Assembly: GCA_016840405.1 (NCBI GenBank)
Contig: JAEOSK010000012.1
Span: forward strand, 1 to 64,000
Direction: 5' to 3'
Length of the DNA stretch: 64,000 nucleotides
Source of the DNA: Candidatus Hermodarchaeum yapensis
Lineage (GTDB): Archaea > Asgardarchaeota > Hermodarchaeia > Hermodarchaeales > Hermodarchaeaceae
Made by a program: the position numbers and the translations under genes. The notes beneath the pieces were generated by a model. It was not told where the DNA came from. It saw nothing but the letters and a program-made list of their open reading frames with translations, and searched no databases. This document shows positions 20,201-29,642 of the stretch, piece by piece (the first letter of the stretch is position 1; each line of letters starts with the position of its first letter).

Positions 20201-21210
20201 CCACTTACCCAATCAATCCAGGTAACTGGACACTTCAAGAGACCATCCCGGCAAAACTTGGTGCACTTGGCCCTCAGAACCTCACCATTACTGCCATAGC
20301 ACCGGGTGCCATCCCCTATTATGGAGAATATGTCAAAATTTGTGAAGTCTGGGGAAATATCACAACTCGAGCTACCTACATCCCAAGTCTTTCAGTCCCC
20401 CAAAGTATTCCTCTGAATGTATCAGTTCAACTCAACCTTGAAGATTCTACAAACACAGATAGCCAAATCACCAATGGTAATGTTATCCTAGTCATCGAAT
20501 CACTTTACCACTTTTTCACAGCGTCCCATCACGAACTGGGCCTCTATAATACTCAAATCCCAACCCAAGATATGAATCCTGGCGTCTACAGGCTACAAGT
20601 AAATGCGTCAGCACCCTATTGCACAATGGCTTCAACAACAGAAGTCCTTGTCATCATCGTTTTCACAGAACTCACAATAACTATTAATCCAATCGAAGTG
20701 GAGGATTATTTCTTAACACCCACTGTCGAAATTGATGTCCAACTACGCTATTTGAACATGACAGAAACCTATGGGCTGTCAGCAAATCTATTCCTCGAGG
20801 TGATTACTCAAGAATCCAGTCGAGTCTTCCATACTGTGTTAACGACAAATGAGGGTGGACGAGGCAACATATCGATTCCTACACCATCACCAGGCATCTA
20901 TAACATAAGAGTGAAATTTGAAGGACAAGTTGGCTTTTCTTCCTGCTCCCAAATAGAATCGTTTCTTGTCAAATATCCACAGAATCGGATAATGGGAATT
21001 TTTTCATCAATTGTATTATTTTCGCTAGTCATACTGATTCTAGGAGGTATTGGTGGCATACTGTACTTTTTAAAACTCCAAAGTCGTCTGAACCGATTCA
21101 TACGTTTGTTTCCAACAAGTCAAAACTCACAAGCTACACCGGTACATGAATTATTTTCATTGGATGAAGAGTCAGCAAGTAACAGAAATGACGGAGAATA
21201 TGATAGTTGA
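17227..21210 (+). CDS. Large surface protein with prenyltransferase/squalene-oxidase (alpha-alpha toroid) repeats, Ig-like domains and C-terminal TM anchor
   Basis: Repeats YIASCQDPITGGF, YVSTCQ..YGGF, FILGNQYPNGGWG, TWYAVQAL; signal peptide; C-terminal TM. Confidence 0.8.
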   Translation: MRLHRKTGYKLLTAGLFFLLAIGLPFLNSLPTFLVQQSSLSKEKSGLGTLTSSSPYDAQTPVLPPDVVSLPFSFGKLLVVHGDYVNESSQESVEAWTSLLEGMNFNTTAIHITDLTITSDYDLIVVTPSVGTSTASFGISVSKAHIITASQTPVLLLGYGHEVLDQVWEINLNTDIIPCIESYLWSPNDAFQFFSEPHVIPEASGRFNIYTDHIVYDAYRLTSLPEKTEILGTNALGSGAQILWFRSLPINSHLYYWGIDQTVHLSSHGIDFCENLIHWLLRPQYQNRLGNTLAAFQLIAPSFDDYWAVQGAGGFGYPLEPSLRFTYYVTDIVQTFGLSVNISTFGSWLMSTYNPLQGVFEDLASPQLQDRCITTSMSSLTSDALGILNQFDASQISDYIASCQDPITGGFFIEHGVSQTSLEATRYSVEALLILGQLYKINVDNAVSYVSTCQEANLSSSDYGGFFSSPTGGITASLKDAVDALTILNHFAAVDTINQTALLNFIMACKEPGKTSVFDTKPTLDSDEWILGTSCTLQLLTFMDALELIDVEASRTFILGNQYPNGGWGRGDTLHDFHNSPDETWYAVQALSLTGGLASAKEPLTAYLAQCCTGWGGATEPLFFGDFLTSAQLLSALYQVDAINKINQTAFLDYLNNCWSSARVSFTAHQLPPGVGINSDTPTPDRIALESGTFGPLYHYWYAQLVSILNLTDNQWIQRSDLILQEIEASQTFASGFSGMFGLHHLYVGREDNFTFRFDSTCWSLLAHAALGGHSTDLMNNTAAFSYLQSCLQDNGTHQYFHDSSHPIPFPNPWRFAEGNLVDTWYGLQAWSYLDPGLTGLNGHNLATYASDFLQNNPTLVTTYYAIEILYFLTESGLYPEALTLLNREEQITRLLTSFSYHGLVKEPSIPNGKWTIYLLDLALQTINRLNLLPMLDVNPVLHLTQINYLNGTFSIGDLAEFSASVSESRWNQLPANVTICIQIFDTHFNNSTYPINPGNWTLQETIPAKLGALGPQNLTITAIAPGAIPYYGEYVKICEVWGNITTRATYIPSLSVPQSIPLNVSVQLNLEDSTNTDSQITNGNVILVIESLYHFFTASHHELGLYNTQIPTQDMNPGVYRLQVNASAPYCTMASTTEVLVIIVFTELTITINPIEVEDYFLTPTVEIDVQLRYLNMTETYGLSANLFLEVITQESSRVFHTVLTTNEGGRGNISIPTPSPGIYNIRVKFEGQVGFSSCSQIESFLVKYPQNRIMGIFSSIVLFSLVILILGGIGGILYFLKLQSRLNRFIRLFPTSQNSQATPVHELFSLDEESASNRNDGEYDS

Positions 21211-21307
21211 AACTGGCAAGTTAATATAAAATTATCCTACTTGAATGAAAACGAATTTATGACCGGTTATTATAAAGCGCTAAAAAAGGAAAAATGGGGC
21301 GTGGGCT

Positions 21308-21559
21308 CTATTTACGCCCCTCAAAACCGTGCATGCAGAACCAGCCACCACTGATCTTATATTTCTGAAAGACTTCACACCCGAAACAGAAACAACCTTT
21401 ATCTTCAATTTCTTCCGCTGGCTTCTCGGATTGTCCTCGGGCACAGAACAGTGCATTGGGAGGAATTTTGTTTAACTCGTTAGGTTTGAAGGTGGGACAG
21501 GGTCCGCAAAATCGTTTACAGATTTCTAAATTCTCTTGAGTATTAGGGACTTTCGCCAT
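21308..21559 (-). CDS. Small Cys-rich metal-binding protein (DUF2769-like)
   Basis: CxxxCxxCP, LFCARG, GCFCFGC, WFC pattern. Confidence 0.75.
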   Translation of the reverse strand: MAKVPNTQENLEICKRFCGPCPTFKPNELNKIPPNALFCARGQSEKPAEEIEDKGCFCFGCEVFQKYKISGGWFCMHGFEGRK

Positions 21560-21748
21560 AGTGGGTTCTCTCACTACCCAATTAGTACCCCATTTTCTAT
21601 CTTGTTGTTTTTAAACCATCGTTTTTTCCTACACACTATGTGTCTGAGAAACCAACCATAATGCATATAAACAAACCAAAATTCGCGAGCTTCACGAAGA
21701 ATCTCTAGGGTGCAGATCAATTAAAAACTCAACAGGGCGTATTTCACG

Positions 21749-22255
21749 ATGCAGAACTCGTTTAATTCCTTGGCAATAGTAATTCTCATTATCTTCTTCA
21801 TCGAGCTTCTTATTGCCCGTCGTATCTATCGAAACTCACGAAAAAACAACCAGCTGAGATCCAACTCACAAAACCAAATGTATGTCGTCTTCCAACCCAC
21901 GAATAACTGGCAAGGTACTATTCAACAAAATACAATCAACGGACGACCCATCCCAGCACCTCAACAACCAGTCCCCCAATACATACTCGCCCAACCTCAA
22001 CAACCACCTGTGAAGTCACTTTCTACTCGATTCACCCTTGCTACATTTGTTGGAAGTGTATTCTTAATCGCGTTTTTAACCATCAGTTATCTACTTAGAC
22101 CCTTCACCAATGCATGGGGGATTTATCTCCTTCCAATACTCCTCCCACTTCCATTTCTAGCACTCCCTTCGCTTCTTCAATCCAAGAAATATTCGACGTT
22201 TTTCTTCTTGATAAGCGGTCTTGGTCTCGGGTTTCTCTTCATGCTTCTACTCTAA
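21749..22255 (+). CDS. Hypothetical membrane protein with a Q/P/N-rich loop
   Basis: One N-terminal and three C-terminal TM segments. Confidence 0.65.
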   Translation: MQNSFNSLAIVILIIFFIELLIARRIYRNSRKNNQLRSNSQNQMYVVFQPTNNWQGTIQQNTINGRPIPAPQQPVPQYILAQPQQPPVKSLSTRFTLATFVGSVFLIAFLTISYLLRPFTNAWGIYLLPILLPLPFLALPSLLQSKKYSTFFFLISGLGLGFLFMLLL

Positions 22256-22417
22256 AAGTGAAAACGGAAATGTGTGCAAATAAAAGAAACTTGGTGTGAA
22301 ACAACTACCAATCAAACCCATGTTAGAGACAATCAAGAAAAACCACTGTTGCCTAAACCGCTCATTATAAGAATTATGTGAAATACAGAACCACTGAAGA
22401 GGCAGGTTTAAAGAATA

Positions 22418-24865
22418 ATGCCATTCACTAGGGGTTCAAAGATATACAAGAAACATGTCTTTTCAACAATGTTTCTTGGATTTCTACTGATTATACCCTT
22501 TCTCTTTTTTATGGTTCGAATACCACCAGAAGCCTCTAGCCAAAGTAATCACTCACAATCAGCTAGCCTAGAATACTTCCCAATTCAAAATACTACTCAA
22601 AATCAATCATTCAATTATGATTTGTATGATGGTGAATTTGACCAACAATTCATACACTTTTGGCTTCACGAAAGTGATCTTCAATTCGAACAATCAAGAG
22701 ACTTAGAGATGTTAGTTCCTCCTCAGTCACATCCTCAAATAGAAATCAACAGTGACGCAGACTTCGCCTTACAGGGATGGCCGGGCTCTGGAACTCAAAT
22801 TGATCCATTCCGGATAGAAAATCTAACCTTCAATCCATTGCAATTTCATGATGATTGTATAAAGATTCAGAATACAACGGTCCATTTCATAATTCAAAAT
22901 TGCACATTCTGGACTAGTTCGGAGTGGTACTATGCGGGAATCTTTCTTGACAATACAACCAATGCTATAATGAGAAACAATACACTTTCTTCGGGGTACG
23001 GAATTAAACTATTAAATGCAAACTGGAACGAGATTCTGAACAACACACTAGATGGCAACAGAGTTAGTGTCGTTCTCAGTAACTCATCGCATAATACAAT
23101 CCGGTTCAACAATGGTTCAGGAACCCATGGAATCGAGATATCGAATAGGTCAATATCGAATTTAATCCACATGAATTCACTTGAATATGAAGGGGCTGGA
23201 ATAAGCATCGAAGAATTCGAAGGCACGGTGGTTGCCAATAATTCTCTCATAAATGCAGGTTTTTCGATTTTTTCTATTCAAAGGCCATTCCCTGGTTTAA
23301 ATCAGTCACAATTTCAGGGGAATACCCTCAATGGCAAACCCATCATCTTCTTATTAGATCAAGACAGCAGTGCTCTTCCATTGGATGTTGGACAACTCTT
23401 TCTCATTAATTGCAGCAATACTGAAATGTCAGATAATATCTTGACCGCTGGTCCCCAAACGATTTCATTTTGTCTATCGGAAAATATTACCATTCAAAAT
23501 AATGAGTTTTTAGAAACAGAAGGGCAAGTTCCCGGGTTAATAATACTCAACTGTGAGATTATTCAAATCCGTAATAATACCTTCTATAAGACCAATGGAT
23601 TTTACGTAAAAGAATGCAACACTTGTCACATCTATAATAATTCCTTTCTTGGTGAAGACACATATGGAGTAATTAGCATCCGTGATTCACAGTTTTGCAC
23701 CATCTCTGAAAATAATCATATTATAATTTATGTTGAAAGGATTGACACAATTAGCATTACACAAAATTTATGCGAGTCCAAACTTAATCCGGACTATTAC
23801 TTCACAAAAGGTATCTGGGTAAAAGAGAGTACTGTTGTTAGAATCCAAAATAATACCTGCACAAACTGTAGATTTGGAATATATTGCGAATATACGATGA
23901 ACATTATTATCAATAATACCTGTTTCGATAATTGGTTCGGTATTTATGTTCGTGAAGACAACGGGGGACTCGTTGAGAATAACTACTGTAAAGAAAATGG
24001 AATAGGTATTGTACTCTATGAATGTTGGAATAATATCCTACAAAATAATACATGTGTTGACAATGGATCAGGTGGAATTTCAGTAAGGAGAGTGCAGAAC
24101 TTTCAGGTGCGAAATAACTACTGTTCAAATAATGAATATGGAATAAGTCTTCGTCAGATTTCTGCAGGTGAGTTGAATATTGTTGAACACAACAATTGCT
24201 CCAATAATCACGGCGGTACGCTTTATCCTAGTGATGGTATACGACTTGTTGAAGTCAGAGATATCATAATCTCAAATAATACGTGCAACTTCAATGACAA
24301 TGCAGGTATCCAAATTGAAGATGGGGTTTCAATCATTATCAGCGAGAATCAGTGTTCGGAAAATAGCCTTGGACTCTCCATTGTAGGGGACTCGAGATCA
24401 ATCGCAATCACAGGAAACATTTGTTCGGAAAATAGCTATGGGCTCTCTTTTACTGGTGAGGGCAGAACAATCAATGTTACAGAAAACGTCTGTTCTGAAA
24501 ATCAAATTGGGCTTTTTGTCCATAATAGAACGAGACATTGTCATGTTATCAATAACCATTTTCTCTGGAATAGAAACGAGAGCGTGGTAGACGAAGGGTT
24601 TTACGGCGTGTTTGATGGAAACTTCTGGTCCGATTATGTCGGATGGGATCTGAACTTTGATGGATATGGAGATATCCCATACATAATCCCTGGGCGTGCG
24701 GAAAGTCTCGATTTTCGTCCCCGCGGATTTATTCTTACTAGAAGCTTGCAGATTTGGATGCTGATTCTCTTTGTAGTAGGAGTACTAGTGGTTGTAGCTG
24801 TTATTGGGTGGCATTTTTTAGTAACTCCGCAACGGAGGAAACGCTTCTTTTGGATTTCACGATAA
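22418..24865 (+). CDS. Surface protein with right-handed beta-helix (NosD/CASH-type) repeats
   Basis: GWPGSGTQIDPFRIENL, many NNTC/GI repeats, GNFWSDY..D.N.DGYGD.PY, C-terminal TM. Confidence 0.88.
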   Translation: MPFTRGSKIYKKHVFSTMFLGFLLIIPFLFFMVRIPPEASSQSNHSQSASLEYFPIQNTTQNQSFNYDLYDGEFDQQFIHFWLHESDLQFEQSRDLEMLVPPQSHPQIEINSDADFALQGWPGSGTQIDPFRIENLTFNPLQFHDDCIKIQNTTVHFIIQNCTFWTSSEWYYAGIFLDNTTNAIMRNNTLSSGYGIKLLNANWNEILNNTLDGNRVSVVLSNSSHNTIRFNNGSGTHGIEISNRSISNLIHMNSLEYEGAGISIEEFEGTVVANNSLINAGFSIFSIQRPFPGLNQSQFQGNTLNGKPIIFLLDQDSSALPLDVGQLFLINCSNTEMSDNILTAGPQTISFCLSENITIQNNEFLETEGQVPGLIILNCEIIQIRNNTFYKTNGFYVKECNTCHIYNNSFLGEDTYGVISIRDSQFCTISENNHIIIYVERIDTISITQNLCESKLNPDYYFTKGIWVKESTVVRIQNNTCTNCRFGIYCEYTMNIIINNTCFDNWFGIYVREDNGGLVENNYCKENGIGIVLYECWNNILQNNTCVDNGSGGISVRRVQNFQVRNNYCSNNEYGISLRQISAGELNIVEHNNCSNNHGGTLYPSDGIRLVEVRDIIISNNTCNFNDNAGIQIEDGVSIIISENQCSENSLGLSIVGDSRSIAITGNICSENSYGLSFTGEGRTINVTENVCSENQIGLFVHNRTRHCHVINNHFLWNRNESVVDEGFYGVFDGNFWSDYVGWDLNFDGYGDIPYIIPGRAESLDFRPRGFILTRSLQIWMLILFVVGVLVVVAVIGWHFLVTPQRRKRFFWISR

Positions 24866-24946
24866 AATTGTCAGATTGAAAACTAGTTGAGTAAAACAAA
24901 CTTCTTATGGTAAGATTGGTAAGCTAGGTTTAAGGTTCTCTGAGGT

Positions 24947-25894
24947 TTGATTGTGAATACCACACGGCTTGGTCGCGTTGCAAGGGAAGCATTACTTCTT
25001 ATTCGTAAGTTCATGGGGCAAGGAGATTATTATCGAGCCTCCCAAGCATCGCTGAAAGCTGCGGAAGCCTTCAATGAGATTGCCAAACACTCCTCCGGCT
25101 CAGCACATAAAATTGCCATAAAACGAGCAAGAGTTCTCGTCGAAATAACTAAGGTCCTGCGTCGAGGGGAACCCCTCCCCATGGAACTGGTCGATGCCTT
25201 AGATAGTTTTTATCCAACGCCTGTTCCTTCTCCAACACCCACAACGGATGAATCATCTGTGCCAACTGTAGAATCTGAAGTGGATCCAGAAGAAACGGAA
25301 ACTGCTGTCGAAGAAGATGTTGAACCTCCGGAGAAGATTGAAGTTGGCGATGCACAACACCAACTTCTCAACGGCATAAGGATTGCACATACTATTGTTG
25401 AAATGCTAGACCGTGCTGAACAATCGATTCGAATTATGGTTCAAAACTTCACTAACGTCAAAACAGTAACTGTTGGCAATGAAAGCTGTAACGTAAATCT
25501 TCTCGACCGTCTTATTACCAAAGATAAAGCAGGTGTAAAAATCCGTATCATCATCCGCGATCCCGAAAGTCTAGGTGCAGCAGGGAAGCACTTCCGTGAA
25601 GCCGTGGAAACACTCCTTCACGAAGCGCCCAGCATCGAAATCCTAGTTTGTGCTCAAATGCACATCAAGGCCCTAATCATAGATGAATCTGAAGTTCTGG
25701 AAGGCAGTGCAAACTTCACCACAAAAGGGCTCTCAGGCATCGGCGAACAAGCCACATGGACCAATAACGCTGAGTTTGTATCACAGTTCGTGACGCGGTT
25801 TGATCATTATTGGGTGCATCAAAGCTCCGAATGTACCGAATGCAAGAACCGAACTTGTGAAGTCCACGCACTTACTCGCCGAAACCTAACATAA
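24947..25894 (+). CDS. Phospholipase D-superfamily protein (single HKD) with an N-terminal MIT-like three-helix domain
   Basis: HIKALIIDxxxxxxGSANFT motif; helical N-terminus with GDYxxA; P/T/E-rich linker; C-terminal CxxCx4CxxH. Confidence 0.82.
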   Translation: MIVNTTRLGRVAREALLLIRKFMGQGDYYRASQASLKAAEAFNEIAKHSSGSAHKIAIKRARVLVEITKVLRRGEPLPMELVDALDSFYPTPVPSPTPTTDESSVPTVESEVDPEETETAVEEDVEPPEKIEVGDAQHQLLNGIRIAHTIVEMLDRAEQSIRIMVQNFTNVKTVTVGNESCNVNLLDRLITKDKAGVKIRIIIRDPESLGAAGKHFREAVETLLHEAPSIEILVCAQMHIKALIIDESEVLEGSANFTTKGLSGIGEQATWTNNAEFVSQFVTRFDHYWVHQSSECTECKNRTCEVHALTRRNLT

Positions 25895-26207
25895 CATAGG
25901 ATGAATTTGGACAAGCACTCCTGGTATGATAGTAATATTTCTTAAGTTAAAACCTGTAGTGAAAATTTTATCACAGGAGAGGTAAGAAAATAGGCGATTC
26001 AACTCTGTTCTAGGGGTTTTTAAAACCTTTTTTCAAGATTTAGAATCAAAATTTTATTTATACGGATTTTTAGGGTCTTAGAACGTTTTTTTTGTAATTT
26101 AGAATATTCTAATCTGTTCTTCTAACTAGCATCGGGGTGCTTAAATATCCTTCAGGGTCTCTTGAGGTTTTTCAAGAACAACCGCCAAGTAGGGGGCGAA
26201 GCTTGGC

Positions 26208-27989
26208 ATGGCGACTACGGTGCGTAATCGAGAAATCGAAAAAGAAGAATTTAGTCCGAATCAGCGTCGACACAATCGACAAATGATAAAGAAACGTCTG
26301 CACACGGTGCAAGCACATATCACCGAATTGACACACCGTACACCTATCCTCCCCTCAAAGATTCAGTTTTTTGACGATCAATCACTTACTACTCCCACCT
26401 TCTGTGGAACATACAACGGAACAGAGTTCCAAATTGCCAAACAACTCCTCAGTCGACTGCTCTTACTCGATGCTGTGTTATATCGAGAAATGTATGGAAA
26501 TCTTCTACCCAAAATCGTACGCGCTGTTCCGGAAAACGGGGATTTGGGGCTTCTGTGTGCCTATCTCCATCTCCCCGAAAACCAGCAAGAAGAGTTCTTA
26601 AGAATCTGGCAAGTCGTCTCGCCTCGCCAATATTACGGAGACATCTATTACAACGCTCCCTCCTCCTTTCCCCTCTTCAATCGCGTTACTCAGGGGACAT
26701 TCCTCCGATACGTTCTCTCCTTTTTCGATGAACTTGAACCAGCCCTAACTCCATTAACCTCCCGCGAATACGTTGAGCTCTTGGATACTTTCATGCTAAA
26801 TTATGCGTCTCCTCTCACTGATCAAGAACTCCATGTCCTTCATTTGATTCAGGAACATCCCACAGCGACACTGAAACAACTACAGGAAAAATCATCGTTC
26901 TCGTTAGGAAGCCTTAGTAACTATCTGAACAGCTTCCGCAAGAAGCTACTTCTCTCAAGATTCTACAGGATTGATTATCCACGAATACGCCTTAATCACG
27001 TGGCTGTGTTAGCTTATCCCGCCCCTGGTAACAGAGTATCTCGCTATCTTGAACAGTGTCCATACCTAAGAAAAATTCACCAATTTGGAGGCGCAGATGC
27101 ATCTATCCTATTGAGCTATACCATACCTCGACAACGGCTTCGTCGATTACACGAATGGCTACAGGAACTTGTCGGGCTGGGTCACCTCCTTCGGTATCGC
27201 GTCTATCCATTATGTGGTGTCTTCAATGGTTACAATCTTCGGAGTTACTTAGCTTACAATTCTGAGGTTCCGGTTGCAGAACGGTTTCGATGGGTAGCAT
27301 GGATACGCTATCTTCGGGACGTTCTCATCCGGGATGGTTATGGTGAAGTCTTAATTCAGCCCTATGTCTATCATTACAGTGAACCTAACATCGAACCCGC
27401 AAAATTAGATTCCATCGACTATCAGCTTCTCAGTCAAATGAACCCCGAGAGTACTGCCGAAACTCTTGCTCAGTTAATAGGACATTCCATCCATGTAGTT
27501 CGACGACGACAAAAAGAACTGTTCACTCAACACGTCATTTTTGAACGCCCCGACCTTGCCATGTTTCACCTTGGATTAAATGAAACAATCTTTATCATCC
27601 TCGAAGGCAGCGAAGAGACCGTCCGCAACTTTCTAGCGGGATGTCGGGAAGCCCCAATGTTTGGTGGATCCATCTTCCAACACCCCACACCGGGATGTAT
27701 TGTAGCATTTGGCCTCCCAACGGGACTAGCGCTCAAAGTAGGACGAGAACTCGGTCGTCTCTTTCTCGAACAGGATGAATTCGATGCTGCAGTTTTCTAT
27801 GGTAATGGATCCAAAGACTTCATGGTCACATCTGTTCTGAGACGCTGTCAATTTAATTTCGAACTTGGCCAATGGACATGGCATCGAGAATATTTCCCCA
27901 CAGCCTTCGACCATGTGGATCCTCAACATCGCATACTAGGTGTGTCACAAGACACACACCTTTCAAGCTCAAAATTAACTAGGAGTTAA
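26208..27989 (+). CDS. Large protein with two winged-HTH/Lrp-like modules (putative regulator)
   Basis: LTDQELHVLHLIQEHPTATLKQLQ and LDSIDYQLL..TAETLAQLIG..VRRR HTH segments. Confidence 0.7.
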   Translation: MATTVRNREIEKEEFSPNQRRHNRQMIKKRLHTVQAHITELTHRTPILPSKIQFFDDQSLTTPTFCGTYNGTEFQIAKQLLSRLLLLDAVLYREMYGNLLPKIVRAVPENGDLGLLCAYLHLPENQQEEFLRIWQVVSPRQYYGDIYYNAPSSFPLFNRVTQGTFLRYVLSFFDELEPALTPLTSREYVELLDTFMLNYASPLTDQELHVLHLIQEHPTATLKQLQEKSSFSLGSLSNYLNSFRKKLLLSRFYRIDYPRIRLNHVAVLAYPAPGNRVSRYLEQCPYLRKIHQFGGADASILLSYTIPRQRLRRLHEWLQELVGLGHLLRYRVYPLCGVFNGYNLRSYLAYNSEVPVAERFRWVAWIRYLRDVLIRDGYGEVLIQPYVYHYSEPNIEPAKLDSIDYQLLSQMNPESTAETLAQLIGHSIHVVRRRQKELFTQHVIFERPDLAMFHLGLNETIFIILEGSEETVRNFLAGCREAPMFGGSIFQHPTPGCIVAFGLPTGLALKVGRELGRLFLEQDEFDAAVFYGNGSKDFMVTSVLRRCQFNFELGQWTWHREYFPTAFDHVDPQHRILGVSQDTHLSSSKLTRS

Positions 27990-27991
27990 AA

Positions 27992-28324
27992 ATGAACGAC
28001 CAGATTAGATCCGAAAAACCCATTTCAAAACTGGGAACAGAGAAATTACCTCTTCCACGAAAACGTCGCGGTCCAGGCAGAGGAATAGGGCAAAAGCGAA
28101 TAGTTCAAGAAAGACTGGAGATTCTTGACACGATTTTTGATAATCTACAGGAAATGTATAACTTCCTCACACAACAAGGTCACATGATCATCAACGAAAG
28201 TGGCTCAATGCTTGCATCCCAATCCCATCAGAACCTCGATCAACTATTGAAACTGTTAGAAGACTTTCTATGGGTAATTAATTGTGCAATTGCTAAAAAC
28301 GGTGGGCAAGCCAAACTCCCCTAA
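27992..28324 (+). CDS. Hypothetical protein (basic N-terminus, helical C-terminus)
   Basis: GGAG SD; 2 nt after the upstream stop. Confidence 0.6.
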   Translation: MNDQIRSEKPISKLGTEKLPLPRKRRGPGRGIGQKRIVQERLEILDTIFDNLQEMYNFLTQQGHMIINESGSMLASQSHQNLDQLLKLLEDFLWVINCAIAKNGGQAKLP

Positions 28325-29055
28325 ATTAACCTCTTTTGGCGACTTGAGCTAGGTTGAACTACACGCATCTCTTCTAACTGCTCTTCAAATCCAAGAAGAA
28401 ATCCATTGAGGTTTGACGCCGGGACAATAGGAGTTCGATCATTAAATTGGATATCCTCATGCATCATCGTCACGAGCATTGGAACAAATAATGGTGCCTG
28501 CCAATCCAAACACCCAAGGTCGGCTTGAAACCGTGCAAAATGGTTCGCCAAGGTTTTTGTCCGAAGCAGTTGTTCCTCAGTTGCTGTGCGAAGAACTGAA
28601 GCTTTTCCTAAACGTACACCGTATTGCTTACAATCAACACAAAAGAGAATGGGCTTCCGTCGGGCGATGATGTCAATTTCGAATCGACGATTGGTTGAAA
28701 ATCGAAAGCGATGGTGCACCTGAAAATCATAATAGGTAAAGACATGAGCAACAAATTCTTCAAACTCTTGCCAAGTCAACGACTGCAATATTTGGCGCTC
28801 AGGTTCTCCAAGTTGTAATGCCCTGATGGCCACTTGAACCTTGGCGTAACCTGGAAATAACCAATAGTTCTCAGCTTCACGTTGTAGGATATTACCTTCT
28901 TCTAATGAAGCAAGCAAGGCAGATCCTTGGACAAGCTCAGACACTTGATCTTGGTGAATTGAGGAAACACCTTGCGTAACCGCTAGAAGATTCCGCAGCT
29001 GTGTCCCATTCTGAAATGACGCTAGAACTCGCTTCCCTTCATGTAGCCAGTCCAG
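28321..29055 (-). CDS. Mrr-like PD-(D/E)xK restriction-endonuclease-fold protein (probable CTG start)
   Basis: LTWQEFEEFVA, FEIDIIA, VDCKQY motifs; frame is open upstream of the 28944 GTG to a CTG at 29055, 6 nt after GAGGTGA. Confidence 0.8.
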   Translation of the reverse strand: MDWLHEGKRVLASFQNGTQLRNLLAVTQGVSSIHQDQVSELVQGSALLASLEEGNILQREAENYWLFPGYAKVQVAIRALQLGEPERQILQSLTWQEFEEFVAHVFTYYDFQVHHRFRFSTNRRFEIDIIARRKPILFCVDCKQYGVRLGKASVLRTATEEQLLRTKTLANHFARFQADLGCLDWQAPLFVPMLVTMMHEDIQFNDRTPIVPASNLNGFLLGFEEQLEEMRVVQPSSSRQKRLI

Positions 29056-29093
29056 CTGAACTCACCTCAAAATCACTCTCACTAGTGAAGCAA

Positions 29094-29480
29094 TTAGACG
29101 TCAAGTTCACGCAAGGCTACTTTGATTTCTCTTAGCGCATTGTTGATGCCACGAAGGAAAAACCGCGTATTCCGTGGCACTAACGCGGCTAATATCACGT
29201 ACTTACCATCTTGTAGTTGGGTGGATTTACAGACAAGAATACCATTTTCACACCGGATTGTGATATCGCGGATAGCGCCGAGGGTTAGTTCCTCCCTAGC
29301 GCGGTCTGCCGCATTATGAACAAAACTGCCCATTGCCGCTGCAACCTTTTCATCAACACCTCGGCGAACAGCCGATGCGATGACAAACCCTTCATCTGTG
29401 GCAATGATGCTCGCTTTAACTCGCCCTGAGCTATTCAAATCCTCTAAGATCTTTGTTAGCGCATCAACAGTTGAGGACAT
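29094..29480 (-). CDS. Roadblock/LC7 domain protein
   Basis: VKASIIATDEGFVIAS, AAAMGS, ELTLGAIRDITIRCENG; GGAGG SD. Confidence 0.9.
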   Translation of the reverse strand: MSSTVDALTKILEDLNSSGRVKASIIATDEGFVIASAVRRGVDEKVAAAMGSFVHNAADRAREELTLGAIRDITIRCENGILVCKSTQLQDGKYVILAALVPRNTRFFLRGINNALREIKVALRELDV

Positions 29481-29642
29481 CTACCAGTTCCTCCAATAAC
29501 CAGTTTCCACCGCTGCACTTCACATCATATTTAGTACAACGGCTTATAAATTCCGCTTGCGTTCATTTTTTCTTCTCTTCGAAGAACAGTTCCCTCGACA
29601 CGTAACTATTTAGAGAACCTCCCCCTTCAAAACCCACTATCT

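Noticed and set aside
22418-24865. NosD-like repeats as evidence of nitrous oxide reduction
   Set aside because: No nosZ/F/Y nearby; such beta-helix surface proteins are common in archaea
25895-26207. AT-rich gap with TTAGAA repeats as a replication origin
   Set aside because: No ORB-like boxes and no cdc6/orc1 gene nearby; more simply a promoter region
28321-29055. Restriction-modification or defence island
   Set aside because: No DNA methyltransferase or other defence genes adjacent; solitary Mrr-like proteins are common in archaea
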